Below the pieces are notes generated by a model. The model saw only the letters and a list, made by a program, of their open reading frames with translations, was not told where the DNA came from and searched no databases. DNA of 64,000 nucleotides from the human T2T-CHM13v2.0 reference genome, Homo sapiens. Below, in pieces: positions 41,929 to 54,049 of this stretch. Where the stretch lies: the NCBI RefSeq assembly GCF_009914755.1, contig NC_060926.1; one strand, given 5' to 3'. A program made the position numbers and the translations under genes. Each line of letters opens with the position of its first letter. Positions within the stretch are counted from its first letter, which is position 1.

Positions 41929-42574
41929 TGAAGTGGTCTTGTTGTCTGGAGTAAATACCTGGGGTTCATCATCTCATGCCAAGAAGATTAAAGGACAAGG
42001 ACACACACAAGGAGTTAGTTTAGGAGCGGAGGTTTAACAGGCAAAAGAAAGAGAAAAGAGGGCATCTCTCTCCCTTCCAAGAGAGAGGGGGTTCCAAAAG
42101 GAAAATCCAGCCCACATTGAAGTGCACCAGATTTTATAAGCGGGCTTGAGGAGGCAGTGTCTGATTTACTTAGGGCCCACAGATTGGTTGGACCAGGTGT
42201 GACCTTTATATAGTGTGTGGGAAGCTGACCACCCCACCCTAACCGTATTATGCAAATGGACTTTTCACTTGGCTGATGCTAGGTTGTCTGCTCCTTACTG
42301 TACACATGGCTGGCAAAGAGAAGGGAAGATGGAGCCACCATTTTGAACATGCCTAGACCCAGGTAGCCTTTTCCTATTGGCATGGCTGCTGGCATTCACC
42401 CATCCAAGCTTCCAGCTATTCTTGTCTACGTCTGCAGCTTGATTTTACAGGCCACTCTTTGTTAGGAAAAAAAAAAAAGATTTTTGAGCTGCTTTTTATT
42501 AAAAGGAAAACCTTACCAAAGACTCTCATACCCTCACTATCTGCCAAAGTAATTTCTTCTTAACTCTTATATCA
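41929..42574 (-). mobile_element. LTR9-family (ERV1) solo LTR
   Basis: Minus-strand start TGATATAAGAGTTAAGAAGAAATTACTTTGGCAGATAGTGAGGG, with TG..CA termini and 4-bp flanks ctaa/ataa. Confidence 0.8.
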
Positions 42575-42674
42575 ATAATATTTTGTGAAAGTAGTTATTT
42601 GTTTGCTCATAGACATACCGTTCATTAGTTTTCTTGTGATGTGTTTGACTGGTTTACTATCAGGATAATGCTGA

Positions 42675-43143
42675 TGTGAAAGGAAAATAAATCTTGGGGC
42701 CCCCAAATCACTAAGCTAAAGGGAAAAGTCAAACTGGGAACTGCTTAGGGCAAAACTGCCTCCAATTCTATTTAAAGTCACCCCTCTGCTCACTGAGATA
42801 AATGCATATCTGATTGCTTCCTTTGGAGAGGCTAATCAGAAACTCAAAAGAATGCAACAATTTGTCTCTTACCTACCTATGACCTGGAAGCCCCTCCCTG
42901 CTTCAAGTTGCCCCACCTCTCCTTGAAGTTTTGCTGCCTTTCCGGACCTAACCAATGTTCATCTCACATATGCTGATTAATGTCTCATGTCTTCCTAAAG
43001 TGTATAAAACCAAACTGTGCTCTGACCACCTTGGTCACATGTCATCAGGACCTCCCGAGGCTTTCACAGGCACGCATCCTCAACCTTTGCAAAATAAGCT
43101 TTCTAAGTTACCTGAGATCTGTCTCAGATATTCAGGGTTCACA
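42675..43143 (+). repeat. 5' LTR (MER4A-like)
   Basis: tgtgaaaggaaaataaatcttgggg...ctcagatattcagggttcaca. Confidence 0.92.
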
Positions 43144-43146
43144 TTT

Positions 43147-43166
43147 TGGTAACCATGGAGGGATTC
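43147..43166 (+). promoter_or_regulatory. Primer binding site, tRNA-Arg(TCG)-like
   Basis: TGGTAACCATGGAGGGATTC lies 3 nt after the LTR. It matches 18/20 to TGGTAACCACGAAGGGATTC, my recalled complement of the tRNA-Arg-TCG 3' end. Confidence 0.75.
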
Positions 43167-46100
43167 TGAGTGGAGATGCCCCTGACCTTTCAAAAATCTC
43201 CTGTCGGTGCTTGGTACCAGCATGAACTAGCTTTTATGGCTCTAACCAACAGGAAAATTTGCTGAGGTCTGGGAGCATCCCCTCCAGAAAATCCTGATCT
43301 CCCAAAATTTAGTCGAGATTTAAAGTTTACTTTGCTGCCACCTCACTTTTTTTTTTTTCTTTTTTGGAGTTTTACTTGCTTCCAACAAGGAAGGCAAGAT
43401 TTCCTGCTTCCATGTAGATGGAAGGCAGGTAACTCCTTTATGAAGTTTGAGCTCGCTCCCAGCAGGGAAGACGAGTTTGAGTTTTTTCCTGCCTCTAGGA
43501 TGGTAGAGAGCAGCCTTCAGCCTGAGACTGATTCCTAAGTAAATAGTTGAATTGGGGTTTGGTTGTGGCTGAAGTTTAACAACCAGCTGATTTTTATTTC
43601 TTCTTACCATTAGAGTGCTCAGTGATCACATGGTTGGAATTTGTTTTTGTTGTCTGTTCCAGTCTTTTTTTTCTAGTTCTACTAGATTTGGTCAAATCCA
43701 AGTGAGAATTCCAAATTATGGATAGATAACAAAGGTTCTCTAATTAGGCTAAAGCTTCTCACAGCTGCAAAAGAGGAAAAAATAAAAAATAAATCTTGTG
43801 CTTGGTTTCTGTGCTTTCTGTCTTAAAAAAAATGTTCTTTTGTTTACTTTTTTTCCACTCTATACCTTCTTCCCCCTTTGCCATCTGCAGTACCAAAAAA
43901 ACCTAGAGAAGGGTTCTAATAACTTGAATCCCTTTAAAGAATTCAGAACAAAAGCACCACTCACCCCTTTTGAGGTGTTCTGTTTTCTTTGTGGAGTTTC
44001 AAGAATCATGGGCAGATTCTTCTTAGGTCTAAAGCTCTGTTTTCTTTATTGCATGACCTGACCCCTTTGGTTTTAAGGGTAGCAGAGATGACCTTGTACT
44101 GTGAGAGGATTTGACCTTGGTTTGCGTAATGGTGGATGAGAGCTACACAGTTAGGGGTGGCTGAGCATGGTTTACAGGAGCACAGTTTACAGTTTATAGG
44201 AAGTTTACTTGGCTGTTTTTTTTCCTCCTAGGAATTTCCTGTTTAAGGATCCTAATTCTAGTTCAGAGATGCATTCTAAAGGGTCTTCTTTATTGCTCTT
44301 TTTCCCAAAATTAATCCTGATTTGGCTTGTCTGTATTCATGTTTGAGGAACTGAACAGTTGTTTTCATAAGTAAATGAGTGACCGAATTTTCTCAGCTCC
44401 AAAGAGAAAGGGCATTGTGCTTCTCCTAGCTGAAAGGCACCCCTGAGTGATCAGTGGGCTTGTGGGATTGTGTGGGGGGTTGATTCCCCATGACATGCAG
44501 CAACCCTACTGAGAAATCCCCAACAAAAATATTTTTTTTAAAAGGCTCATCCAGGAAATTCATATAAGGGCTAATCATCTGATGTTATGAGCCGTCTCAG
44601 AGGTCAAAGACCTCTGGAAAGAGAAACTGAGACACGTAAGAGGGTGGAAACAACTCAGTGGTGACAAACTGTGGACTCCTGCCCACAAGCAGCACCCAAC
44701 AATCCACCACACAAAAACCCTAGGCCACAGCTTAGTTCCTCCTTTTAAGAAAAAAAGTGGGAGACAAATAAGAATGAAGAGTAAACAAGGAGAACGACCT
44801 CCTTTCAAGCACTTCATAGACTTTATGGCACCTCTACTTGCCAGAGTTTATGTAAAATGGAAGTAATATGGTCTTTATGCACATTTACATTAAGGGAAAA
44901 TAGGCCCTAAGGCCATCCTGCAAACTGTAGTGTTACTAAGTTCTCTTTTTCTCTATTTTTTTCTGTCTGCTTTAAATCTGCTACTATTTTTTTTATTAAG
45001 ACAAAACACTGTTTGAATTCAAAAGGTTTTTATTTGCAAGCTGCTGAATTTGTATTTATCTCATGTTTAAGGTTCTTAAGTAAAAGCTATAGGATCTTTG
45101 TGTGTATGTATATGTGTGTGTGTATGTATTTAAAAGGCCTTTATAATGTCTATAATTTTATGTTTAATTGGCAATTAAATCCATTTTAGTTTTTCTCTAG
45201 CACACCAGACTTTTTCTCTCCATACCTTATGATGTAAATTTTGCTATTTGATTTTCACCTGAGTTATTTACTTTAATATACAAATTTAAGGCTATTTAGG
45301 TGACAACTGACTAGGGTAGTGAAACAGGTTATCAAGAATTTGAAAATCTAACATAGGAAAAATAAAGGCTTTTATGAACCTACACAATAAACTTTTATTG
45401 GCATGCCTAATATGTCTATGTACACAATGTTTCCTTACTGAAAATACGTAAAAGAGTTCTAATTAATTGGCTTAAGAAAACAAAAGCACTTGAATCAAAT
45501 GCTTTATCAAGAAAAAAAGAAATGACTTGTCAAATATTTTTTCAAGTTTATGTAACTTAAGTAAAGTCTTTAATAAATAAGCTAGCTTTAAAATTATTGG
45601 TAACGTAATATTAGAAATGTTGTAAGAATTGCCAGCATACATTTTTATTTGCATTTATTAATCAGGCAATTTCATACTTATCCCTGCTAAATATTATAAG
45701 GTATCAAAATTTGGCATAGGAGTTACATAAATATAAACCCACCCCAAAGAAGAATGATTTTTGCTTGGATAATCTTTAATAAATATGACATTGATATTTG
45801 TTTAATGAAAATAGCTACATCTTGAACCTAGTAAGATTATCGTAACTTCTAGTCTTGTGGCTTTGGTCATCTAGTTCACAGGCAGTTCACACATTCTAGT
45901 TCACATTCTCCTCTCTCAAAGAAGGAAGGCTTTTGTCTGTTTTTTGAAATCCGTGACTTATTACTTTGGTCCAATGAATGATTTATTTTATAGTAAACTC
46001 TGATATCAAGTATTTTAAACTTTTAATATTTGACAGACTTTCAAAAGCCAAATTATAAATTATGTATTTTTCTGATCTAATTAATCCTTTAAGATTTTGG

Positions 46101-47360
46101 TTTCCCTAAAGTCCAAAAAATAACATAATTTGGCTTATTTGGTGTAAAAATTATACAGGACACATTTTCAAATATGAAATGGTGTTTAGTTTTCTTTGGG
46201 CTGTATTTGTATAAATATGTTATTGGTATGTGTTCCAAAATCATGGGAAATTCCTGTAATTGATATGACTTATCAGTAATAATTATAATTTATAATTATT
46301 ATGTTAAATTATTGTGCCACAGAGGGAAAAAAATTTCCTTGTTAGTTGTGTCTTTGACTATGGCTGCCCTAAAACTTCTTGTCATCCATGGACAATTGTT
46401 GTCTTGTTTTGCTCCTCTTTGAAAGGTGGTTTTATAATCCACTATAAAACTCTAACAGGTGCTCCTGAATGCAGGTTTCTGATAACTTTGGATATTGTGA
46501 AATCAGAATAGGGGAAAAACTTTCAGGACTCATGGAGAGCTGAAATGTTCATGAATATCAAGCAGAACAGGAATTAACTGCATGGACTGAACTAATAGAA
46601 GACTGAAGTAATCTTTTTGACTTTTAGCTTAAAACATTGCTGATCCTTTGTTTTGTTGTGTTTTTTCAGAGTCAAGAAAACTTTTCTTTTGAGCCATTGA
46701 CAGGTATTAACAAGTTAGTATACTCCTATGAACAAAATTTGGAGCATATCTGTTTCTCTCTAACTGATTTCTCCAGAATTTGGAAACTATTTGTGACTTA
46801 TGGCAATACAGTTGTTTGCATAAGTTCAGTAAGAATCTGTTTTTATTTGTAACAGGACACAATTGGAGAAACTGGTTGTTTTACCAAGACTTTCACCCGC
46901 ATCGTGTGCTTTCCTTTAAAGAATCAAACTTGACTTATGGAGCCAATAAAAGCCCCTTGGGATAACCGGCCTCATACCTTGTCTACACAGTCCCTGTACA
47001 GGATTCCTGACTTGTGTTAAGTAAAGAATGTCACTTTCTGACAGGCCCAGGAGGCCCAAATTTATCTTGGGACCTCAAGAGGAGAAGAATTTACCCAGCT
47101 TATAGTTATTCGATGGTACAAATCCATGGCTGAGCTCAGATTTTTAAAAGTCTTATCTGAGATTCCTTCTAAGGAACAAAATTACATCAAAGCCAATTTA
47201 AAAGCCTATGTACAAAATAATTATTCTTGCTTCTACATATACAAATAATCAGGCCTAGTATGATAAAGCAAATCAGTCCTACCATGATTTGTCTTTAGTA
47301 AAAATGGGAAACTGGAGAGATAAGTATTATGTTTCAAAAGCTATAATACACCTGTAGTTA

Positions 47361-47405
47361 TTAGGTTGGTGCAAAAGTAATCGCATTTTTCGTCTTTAAA
47401 AGTAA
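47361..47405. mobile_element. Half MADE1 (Hsmar1 MITE) inside MER4-int
   Basis: TA followed by ttaggttggtgcaaaagtaatcgc.... The second TIR is absent. Confidence 0.85.
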
Positions 47406-47746
47406 ATTCTTAAAGCCCTGTGAACTGAAGCTAGAAAACTTTAGAAGAAAATAACAACAACCTATTTACATGCATAAGCCACTTTCATAGCCACCTTCTG
47501 ATGTGTGAACTTCAGAGTAATGTGGCCTTTATTGGTTTTTGAGGATTATTCTTTTGTTTGTTGTCTTTTTCTCCCTTCCTCCTTCTCTTCATAGGACATA
47601 AGACTTAACAACCTGCTAAAATGAGCTTTCATAATAACTCAGGACCTACCTGCCTAGTAATAAACCAGCCTAGCCATGAGAGATCAGATGAAACACGAGA
47701 TCAGAGACTCATTTTCTTCTAAAATGCTTTCTCCAAAAGATTTTAT

Positions 47747-47764
47747 AAAAGAATACAGGGGAAA
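47747..47764 (+). promoter_or_regulatory. Polypurine tract
   Basis: aaaagaatacaggggaaa immediately before the 3' LTR. Confidence 0.75.
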
Positions 47765-48231
47765 TGTGAAAGGAAAATAAATCTTGAGGTCCCCAAATCA
47801 CTACAGAAAAAAGTCAAACTGGGAACTGCTTAGGGAAAACCTGCCTCCCATTCTGTTTAAAGTTACCCCTCTGCTCACTGAGATAAATGCATATCTGATT
47901 GCCTCCTTTGGAGAGACTAATCAGAAACTCAGAAGAATGCAACCATTTGTCTCTTACCTACCTATGACCTGGAAGCCCCCTCCCTGCTTCAAGTTGTCCT
48001 GCCTTTGCTTTGAGTTGTCCTGTCTTTCTGGACTGAACCAATGTTAATCTTACAGATGTTGATTGATGTCTCATGTCTCCCTAAAATGTATACAACTAAA
48101 CTGTGCTCTTAACACGTTGGGTACATGTTGTCAGGACCTCCTAAGGCTGTGTCACCGGCAAACATCCTCACCCTTCGCAAAATAAACTGTCTAAATCAGC
48201 TGAGACCTGTCTCAGATATGTGGGGTTCATG
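47765..48231 (+). repeat. 3' LTR (MER4A-like)
   Basis: tgtgaaaggaaaataaatcttgagg...ctcagatatgtggggttcatg, collinear with the 5' LTR. Confidence 0.92.
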
Positions 48232-49169
48232 CTGGTCTCATAAAACACACAGGAAATTGATCCATCAACTCCTATTTTGTAGAATGTTTATTACTTATCC
48301 CTTAAATGAGTGGTGGGATTTGTGAATAAATATATCTAGTTCTGGGGTTTTACTTTATTGAAAGATTTTAAGCTTAAATTTTAATTTACTTAACAGATTT
48401 GGAATATTCTGTTATTTTCTTTTTGAGTTAGTTTTGGCAGTTTATCTTTTAAGGAATTGATCTATTTCATCTAAGTTGTCATAAGCAGATACAAGTTGTA
48501 ATATTTTCTTATACCTCAACATATGTAAGGTATCCTTCATTCTTTATGCTCATAATTTGTGTCTTTTACCTTATTTTTCTCATCCTTTTACTAAGAAAAA
48601 CAACTTTTAATTTATTTTCTCTCTTATTTTTGTTTTTAATTCTATAGATCTATTCTCTTTATCATTTCTTCTACCTACTTTATTTGAGTTGAATTTACAC
48701 TTCTATGTTTCAGTTTCTTAAAGCTTAAGGTTAGACTATTGATTGAAGAATTTTGAGAAGGGCTGACTTTAAGTCAAAGCTAGAGAAAAAAGTAAAAATC
48801 AATTTAAAAAAAGAGACACTCCCCCATTACCTTTTATATTTAATAAATTCCTTTTCCAGATTCCTCTGGCCAAAGAAATGTGATTCCTCTTGAAGTTTTA
48901 TCTGATCATTCTTTCATCACAGCTCTGTGAGGCACCTGCCCTCAGCTCAAAGCCACAATAGAATATTGAATAAGTAAAACGAAATGGGTAACTCACCCCT
49001 GTTATCCATTTCTTCATGTATTCACTTCCCTTCTGAATGCATCTGCTTATTATTTACTTTTCAGAGGCCTCAGATGGTTCTCCTTGTATTTTGTACAGAT
49101 GTTTTAATTTTTATCATTGGGAAGGAAAGGCTTTCATTGGACTTACTCTAACCCAGCTGGGTTTAAGGG

Positions 49170-51130
49170 GTTAATCTCTTTTTTAAAAGATATCAAAAGG
49201 AAAAAAATACAGAGATATATTTATATTTGAGGATATATTTTTCATATTCTCTGCTCTTTATTTCTCTGTGTAGACTCTACTTTCCATTTGCTTTTATCCT
49301 AGAGAATGTCCTTTAGGATTTCCTAGTTTGGACATTCTGACATTGAATTCCTTTACCTTCCATTTATTACCATTTAAAAAATTATTTTAATACGTTTGTA
49401 AAGCTAGCATCTCTGGATATATAACTTAGGATTGATAGGTCTTTTTTTTTCTTTCTTTGGCTTTTTGAAGATTTCTTCTCCTGTATTTTGGCCTTCATTG
49501 TCTTTGAAAATAAATCAGCTAGCATTTGCATCATAGCTTTCCTCTTTAAAGTATCCTTCTCTGATTTTTGACTTTTTCTTTAACTTTGCTTTTCAGCACC
49601 ATAATTATGATATTCCTATGCATGCTTTTCTTTGTATTCATCGTGCTGGAGGTGCAGTAAGGTTCATGAATCTCTAGGTTGTAAATAATTTTTACCATAT
49701 TTGAGGATTTTTTTATTCATAAGTTTCTTGAATATTTTTTTCTGCTCTAATATGTATTCCTCTTTTTCTGAGACTCCAATTTCATGTAACTGTACTGTCT
49801 GATAATGTCCAACTGTCCCAACTGTCATGGTGGCTCTGTTTATTTGTTTTTCAGTTTATTTTTTCTGCTATTCATATTATATAACTTTCATTGATTTGTT
49901 TTATAGACCACTGACCCTTTACTCTGGTGTCTCCAATTCCATGTTAAGTTCATCCAGTGAGTTTTTCATTTCCCATATTTTATATTTCAGTTCTCAAATT
50001 TCAACTTAGTACATTTAAAATAGTTTTCATTTCTCTGCTGAGATTCCCCATATGTTCACTCAATATGACCACCCTTTTTCTTATGTCCTTGAACATATTT
50101 ATAATAGATGTTTAAATTCCTTCCGCTAATTTCAACATCTGGGTAATTTTGACATCTGTTTCTATTGGTTCCTTCTCTTTTTTATTATGGGTCACATTTT
50201 GCTGCTTTTACTCATGTTTTTATGTTTATGCTCCACGTGGTTGATAATACATCATAGTGAGTTATAAAATACATTTTCTTACTTTAAAAATGTTGATTTT
50301 TTTGATAAGTTGATAAGTTATTTTGGGATCTTTATGCTTATTCAAGCAGTTTTACTCTTTGTAAGGATAGACCTATTTTAATTACACTACAGCACAGGGT
50401 GGCCAACTATGGCCAGATGGCAAAATTCAGTGCCCGTTTTTGCATAGCTCAGAGCTAAGAATATTTTTTACATTTATGAAGGCTTGTAAAAAAAGATGAA
50501 TATGTGACAGACACAGGTAAAACTATTTGTTATCTGGCCCTTTACAGAAAATATTTTCCAAATCATGTTCTAAGGAATAGTATTTTCCCCACCATCAATA
50601 TCTGGCTCTTTTGTTGTTGTTTTGTCTGAATACTGAAGAGGCTCAGTAAGATTCCTCCACCTAATTGGCTAGAAGTTATATGACCTCTGATATCTCAGTT
50701 CTGCTCTCAGCTCCTCAGCATCTTCTCTCTGCAAGGCCTGTGGAGTCTTACCCAGTGTGTACAGAGCTCAGCCCTCTGCCATAAATCTGTCACTGAATTC
50801 CACATGAAGATTCCTAGGTCACCCCTCAACCTTTCCTCACCCACTGTACAGATATCTCCTCTTGTCTCTCATGCTCTTCAGCCCCTTCAGCAGTCCTGAC
50901 GTACGATCTCTGCTTTCTCAGCTCTGCAAGATGGCCAGCCTGCATGGGCCCCACCTCCCTCCCTGCACTGGGGAAAAGAGCCCCAGCCCGGCATCCTAGG
51001 TGAGCGCAGGACACAGCCTGCTTCCCAACAACTGGATGTATTTACTGTATAGAGTTTATCCAGTATATAGTTGTGTACAATAGGAGGGCAAGTCTGGTAC
51101 CAGTTACTGCATTATTATGGACAGTAACAG
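49170..51130 (-). mobile_element. Old L1M(E/D) ORF1 + 5'UTR
   Basis: ttttctgagactccaatt...ccagtgagtttttcatttc...ctctgctgagattcccc, with a GC-richer UTR at 50640-51130. Confidence 0.7.
50394..50572 (-). mobile_element. MER58-family (hAT-Charlie) element
   Basis: cagggtggccaactatggcc...gagctaagaatattttta...tatctggccctttacagaaaa. Confidence 0.7.
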
Positions 51131-51139
51131 GCATTCTCC

Positions 51140-51620
51140 CTGTATTTTATATATCCCTTCTCTTATTCCAGTCTCCCAGGCTCACTGCTTTTTACTTACC
51201 TGTTACATGAAACTTTTCTATTACAGGAAACATCAAACTTATTCTCACACCAGAGACTGTTTTGCTTACTCTTTTCTCTACCTGAAATGTGTTTCCTTTA
51301 ATCCTGAGGAGGCTAGCACTTCTTATATCCCAGCTTAGCTATCACTATCTTAAAGACGTCTTCCTTAAATATTCTACCAGAATTGGCTTGCTTAACCCCT
51401 CCATCCCTTCAGACCTAGCCTTAACCTAGTCTATTACACCAAACTTCACATTATCTGCAGTACTTGTAGATAATATTCTTGTTGTTTGATTATTAGTTTC
51501 CTTGCGTATTATCTGCCCATCCTTCCATGTGAATGTAGGCTTTATTTGATCAAAGTATTTTCAACCTTGTTCACTGTAAGTTCTTAGCATCTAAAATATT
51601 ACCTGAAACATAATAATCAA
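51140..51620 (+). mobile_element. L2 3' fragment
   Basis: ttttctctacctgaaatg...ccttgttcactgtaagttcttagcatctaaaat...acctgaaacata. Confidence 0.6.
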
Positions 51621-51629
51621 AAGCAGAAC

Positions 51630-51845
51630 AATAATAAGAATGAATATTTATATAATACTTAAAACCTACCAGGTATGTAACTACAGGCACTTTTACACAT
51701 AGTAACTTATTTAATTCTTGCCAAGATACCATGAGGTAGGTGCAGCTATTTCCCCTGTTTAAATATGAACAAACTGAGACAGAGAGAGGTTAAGAAATTT
51801 GCTGAGTCATAAAATGTCAGATGATGAAATTGGAATTCAATTTGA
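51630..51845 (-). mobile_element. MIR
   Basis: atgaggtagg...aaactgagacagagagaggttaagaaatttgc (MIR core). Confidence 0.75.
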
Positions 51846-53310
51846 GGAACGTGAAAGATAGTAAAAACTGTATGCCTTATAAATAAATCTCCAAATTGTT
51901 TTATTAAATAATTATATGTATGCAATTTTTCCCTTTGCATAAAATTAGAAATAAAAATAGATGTTTTCTTTTACTTAGGAGAGGGTAAAAAGTGATTGGG
52001 GCGATAAATGCTTATTTTGTATTATGTACTTTACTATGAGCTTTTTCTAATTTTTTATAAGCACTATTGTGTATAGATTATGAATTAATTTCTATATTTT
52101 TAAACTTCTTTATTAATACAAACCTCATAAACTAATTTCTTGTATTCCTGCTGCCTCCAACCAGAAGATATACTAATTTCTCTTCTAAATAAAATGAAAT
52201 GTAACTGGCCATTAAAACTGCCAATGAAAAGGAAAACTGCCAGGAAAAATTGGATTAAGCAAACACTAATTGAAACCAGAAAAGAAAGGTTGGTTGAAAA
52301 ATAGGCCCACTATATCTTTTTATCATTACTCTCAAATATTTTCAAAATGGCAGGTGTCCTATACAAAATGCTCGTTTTAAAATACAACCGTATTGCAATA
52401 TCAAATATGGAAACTTTTCACAGTATCATAAGTAGAACCCAATCACCTTTACCTTCTCTTATTCCAAGTCTTTCTCCCCAAAGTCTACCAGTGTTACTAT
52501 TAGGAAATGACACAATAAAACTTTCATCATTAAATTTTAAAACATTTTAAAGTCAGAGGTGTTTCCACTTATAGATAGGGTCAAATAACTGGAGACAAGT
52601 GTTCCTATCAGACTAACAAGAGAAGCAGGAAAGAAAGAAAGAAACAAAAACCAGAAATAATTTATTAATGTATTTGAAGCTTCAGAGGCATGCTGAGAAA
52701 GCGGAGGTTTAAGACTTCAGAGTGAATAAACTAAAAGAAATAAAATGACTTCTGCAGCCACATTTTCCCAATGGTATTTTACAGAAGAAGGATATACCTC
52801 ATTCTTGAAGTGTCCAGGATTAGGGCTCAGAGAAACTAACAGATTTTTTGGCAGAACTAGGGGCCTTAAATTTGTACTGTTTCCCATAGGACAATTGTCA
52901 AATTCAAAAGCAGGATAAAAAGGCAGAACAAAATAGACAGATTTAAAAAATATCTAAATGAAAACGCTTTGAAAAGTAAACTTTATTTTTGTTTTACCTA
53001 ATATATCAATTTTCCAAAAATATTTCTTTTTAACTGTTCATAAAATTTAGAGAAAATGTGTTAGATGAAACAGTTTTAGCTGTTAGAAGATTTTTCTGAA
53101 GTTTTAATTTACTGGTTTTTATTTTGTCTTTAGAGATACATTATAGAACCATGCAATTTAATTAAAAACTAAGATTTCTGGGTATTTTTTATTGCTCTTT
53201 ACTGGATTTTCAAAGTTTGATTTGCTTACAATGTTTTTCCTAATTTTTCTAATAGTATATTTTGCACGGTTATATATGTCCAGTAGTAGAAATGTCAGTG
53301 TGGTGAAAGT

Positions 53311-53809
53311 TGTTATAGTCATTATTACTGCTGTGACAAATTACAGCAAACTTAGTGGCTTAAACTACACAAATGTATTATCTTACATTTCTCTAATGTA
53401 ATAAGTCTAATACAGGTCTCATTGGGCTAAAATTCAGGGCTGTATTTCTTTCCAGAGGTTCTAAGAGGGAATTTGTTTCTTTGCCCCTTTCATCTTCTAG
53501 TGGCTTACCATATTCCTTGTCCTATTGTGCCCTCTCCCCACACCTCTTCCAAACAAGTAAAGTTACATCCCTTCTGAGCATTCACTCTTGGAGCCTGTCT
53601 TCACTTGTAAAGACCCTTATAATTAGATCAGGCCCACACAGAAAATATAGGATAAGCCCCCTAATTTAGGTCAGTTGATTAGCAAGCTTAATTCCATCTG
53701 CAAACTTAATTTCCCTTTGTCATATAATCTGTCATAATCATAGGTTCTTGGGATTAAGATGTGTGTACCTGAAGAGGTTGGGGATGGAGTCATTATTTTG
53801 CCTACCACA
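53311..53809 (-). mobile_element. MLT1C/D-type LTR (ERVL-MaLR)
   Basis: ctgctgtgacaaattacagcaaacttagtggcttaaac...attattttgcctaccaca. Confidence 0.85.
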
Positions 53810-54049
53810 GTTATTGAAATGTAGATCTATACAACTAGAGAACATAATGTATTTGAGACATTGGTGTAAGAATAGTAAAAAATAGTTAAAAACTGGAAGA
53901 ATATAAAAATTGGTCTTCAAAATTATGTAAAACATTAAAAGCAGCTCAAACAATCTCACCTTTAGTAAAATACTTAAGTATTTGATTTTCTTTCTCTGGA
54001 TTGTCCTGCTTCTTCACTGTAGGTCTTATGGACATGGAGAAAGGTACTT

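Larger units (their letters stand above)
42675..48231 (+). mobile_element. MER4A-type ERV1 provirus (LTR - MER4-int - LTR), non-coding
   Basis: Two homologous LTRs, a PBS, a PPT and a 4-bp TSD ctga (42671-42674) / ctgg (48232-48235). The flanking L1 rejoins as aggataatgctg(g)tctcataaaa. Confidence 0.92.
38930..49170 (-). mobile_element. Old L1M element (3'UTR to 5'UTR) hosting three ERV1 insertions
   Basis: 3'UTR at 38930-39450. ORF2 pieces at 39450-40500, 41310-41928, 42575-42674 and 48232-48740 join in register across the LTRs. UTR-like sequence at 48760-49170. Confidence 0.7.

Noticed and set aside
47361-47405. miR-548-like hairpin
   Set aside because: Only half of MADE1 is present.
43144-47764. 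gag/pol/env in the provirus interior
   Set aside because: Only short ORFs are present, with no recognisable retroviral motifs.
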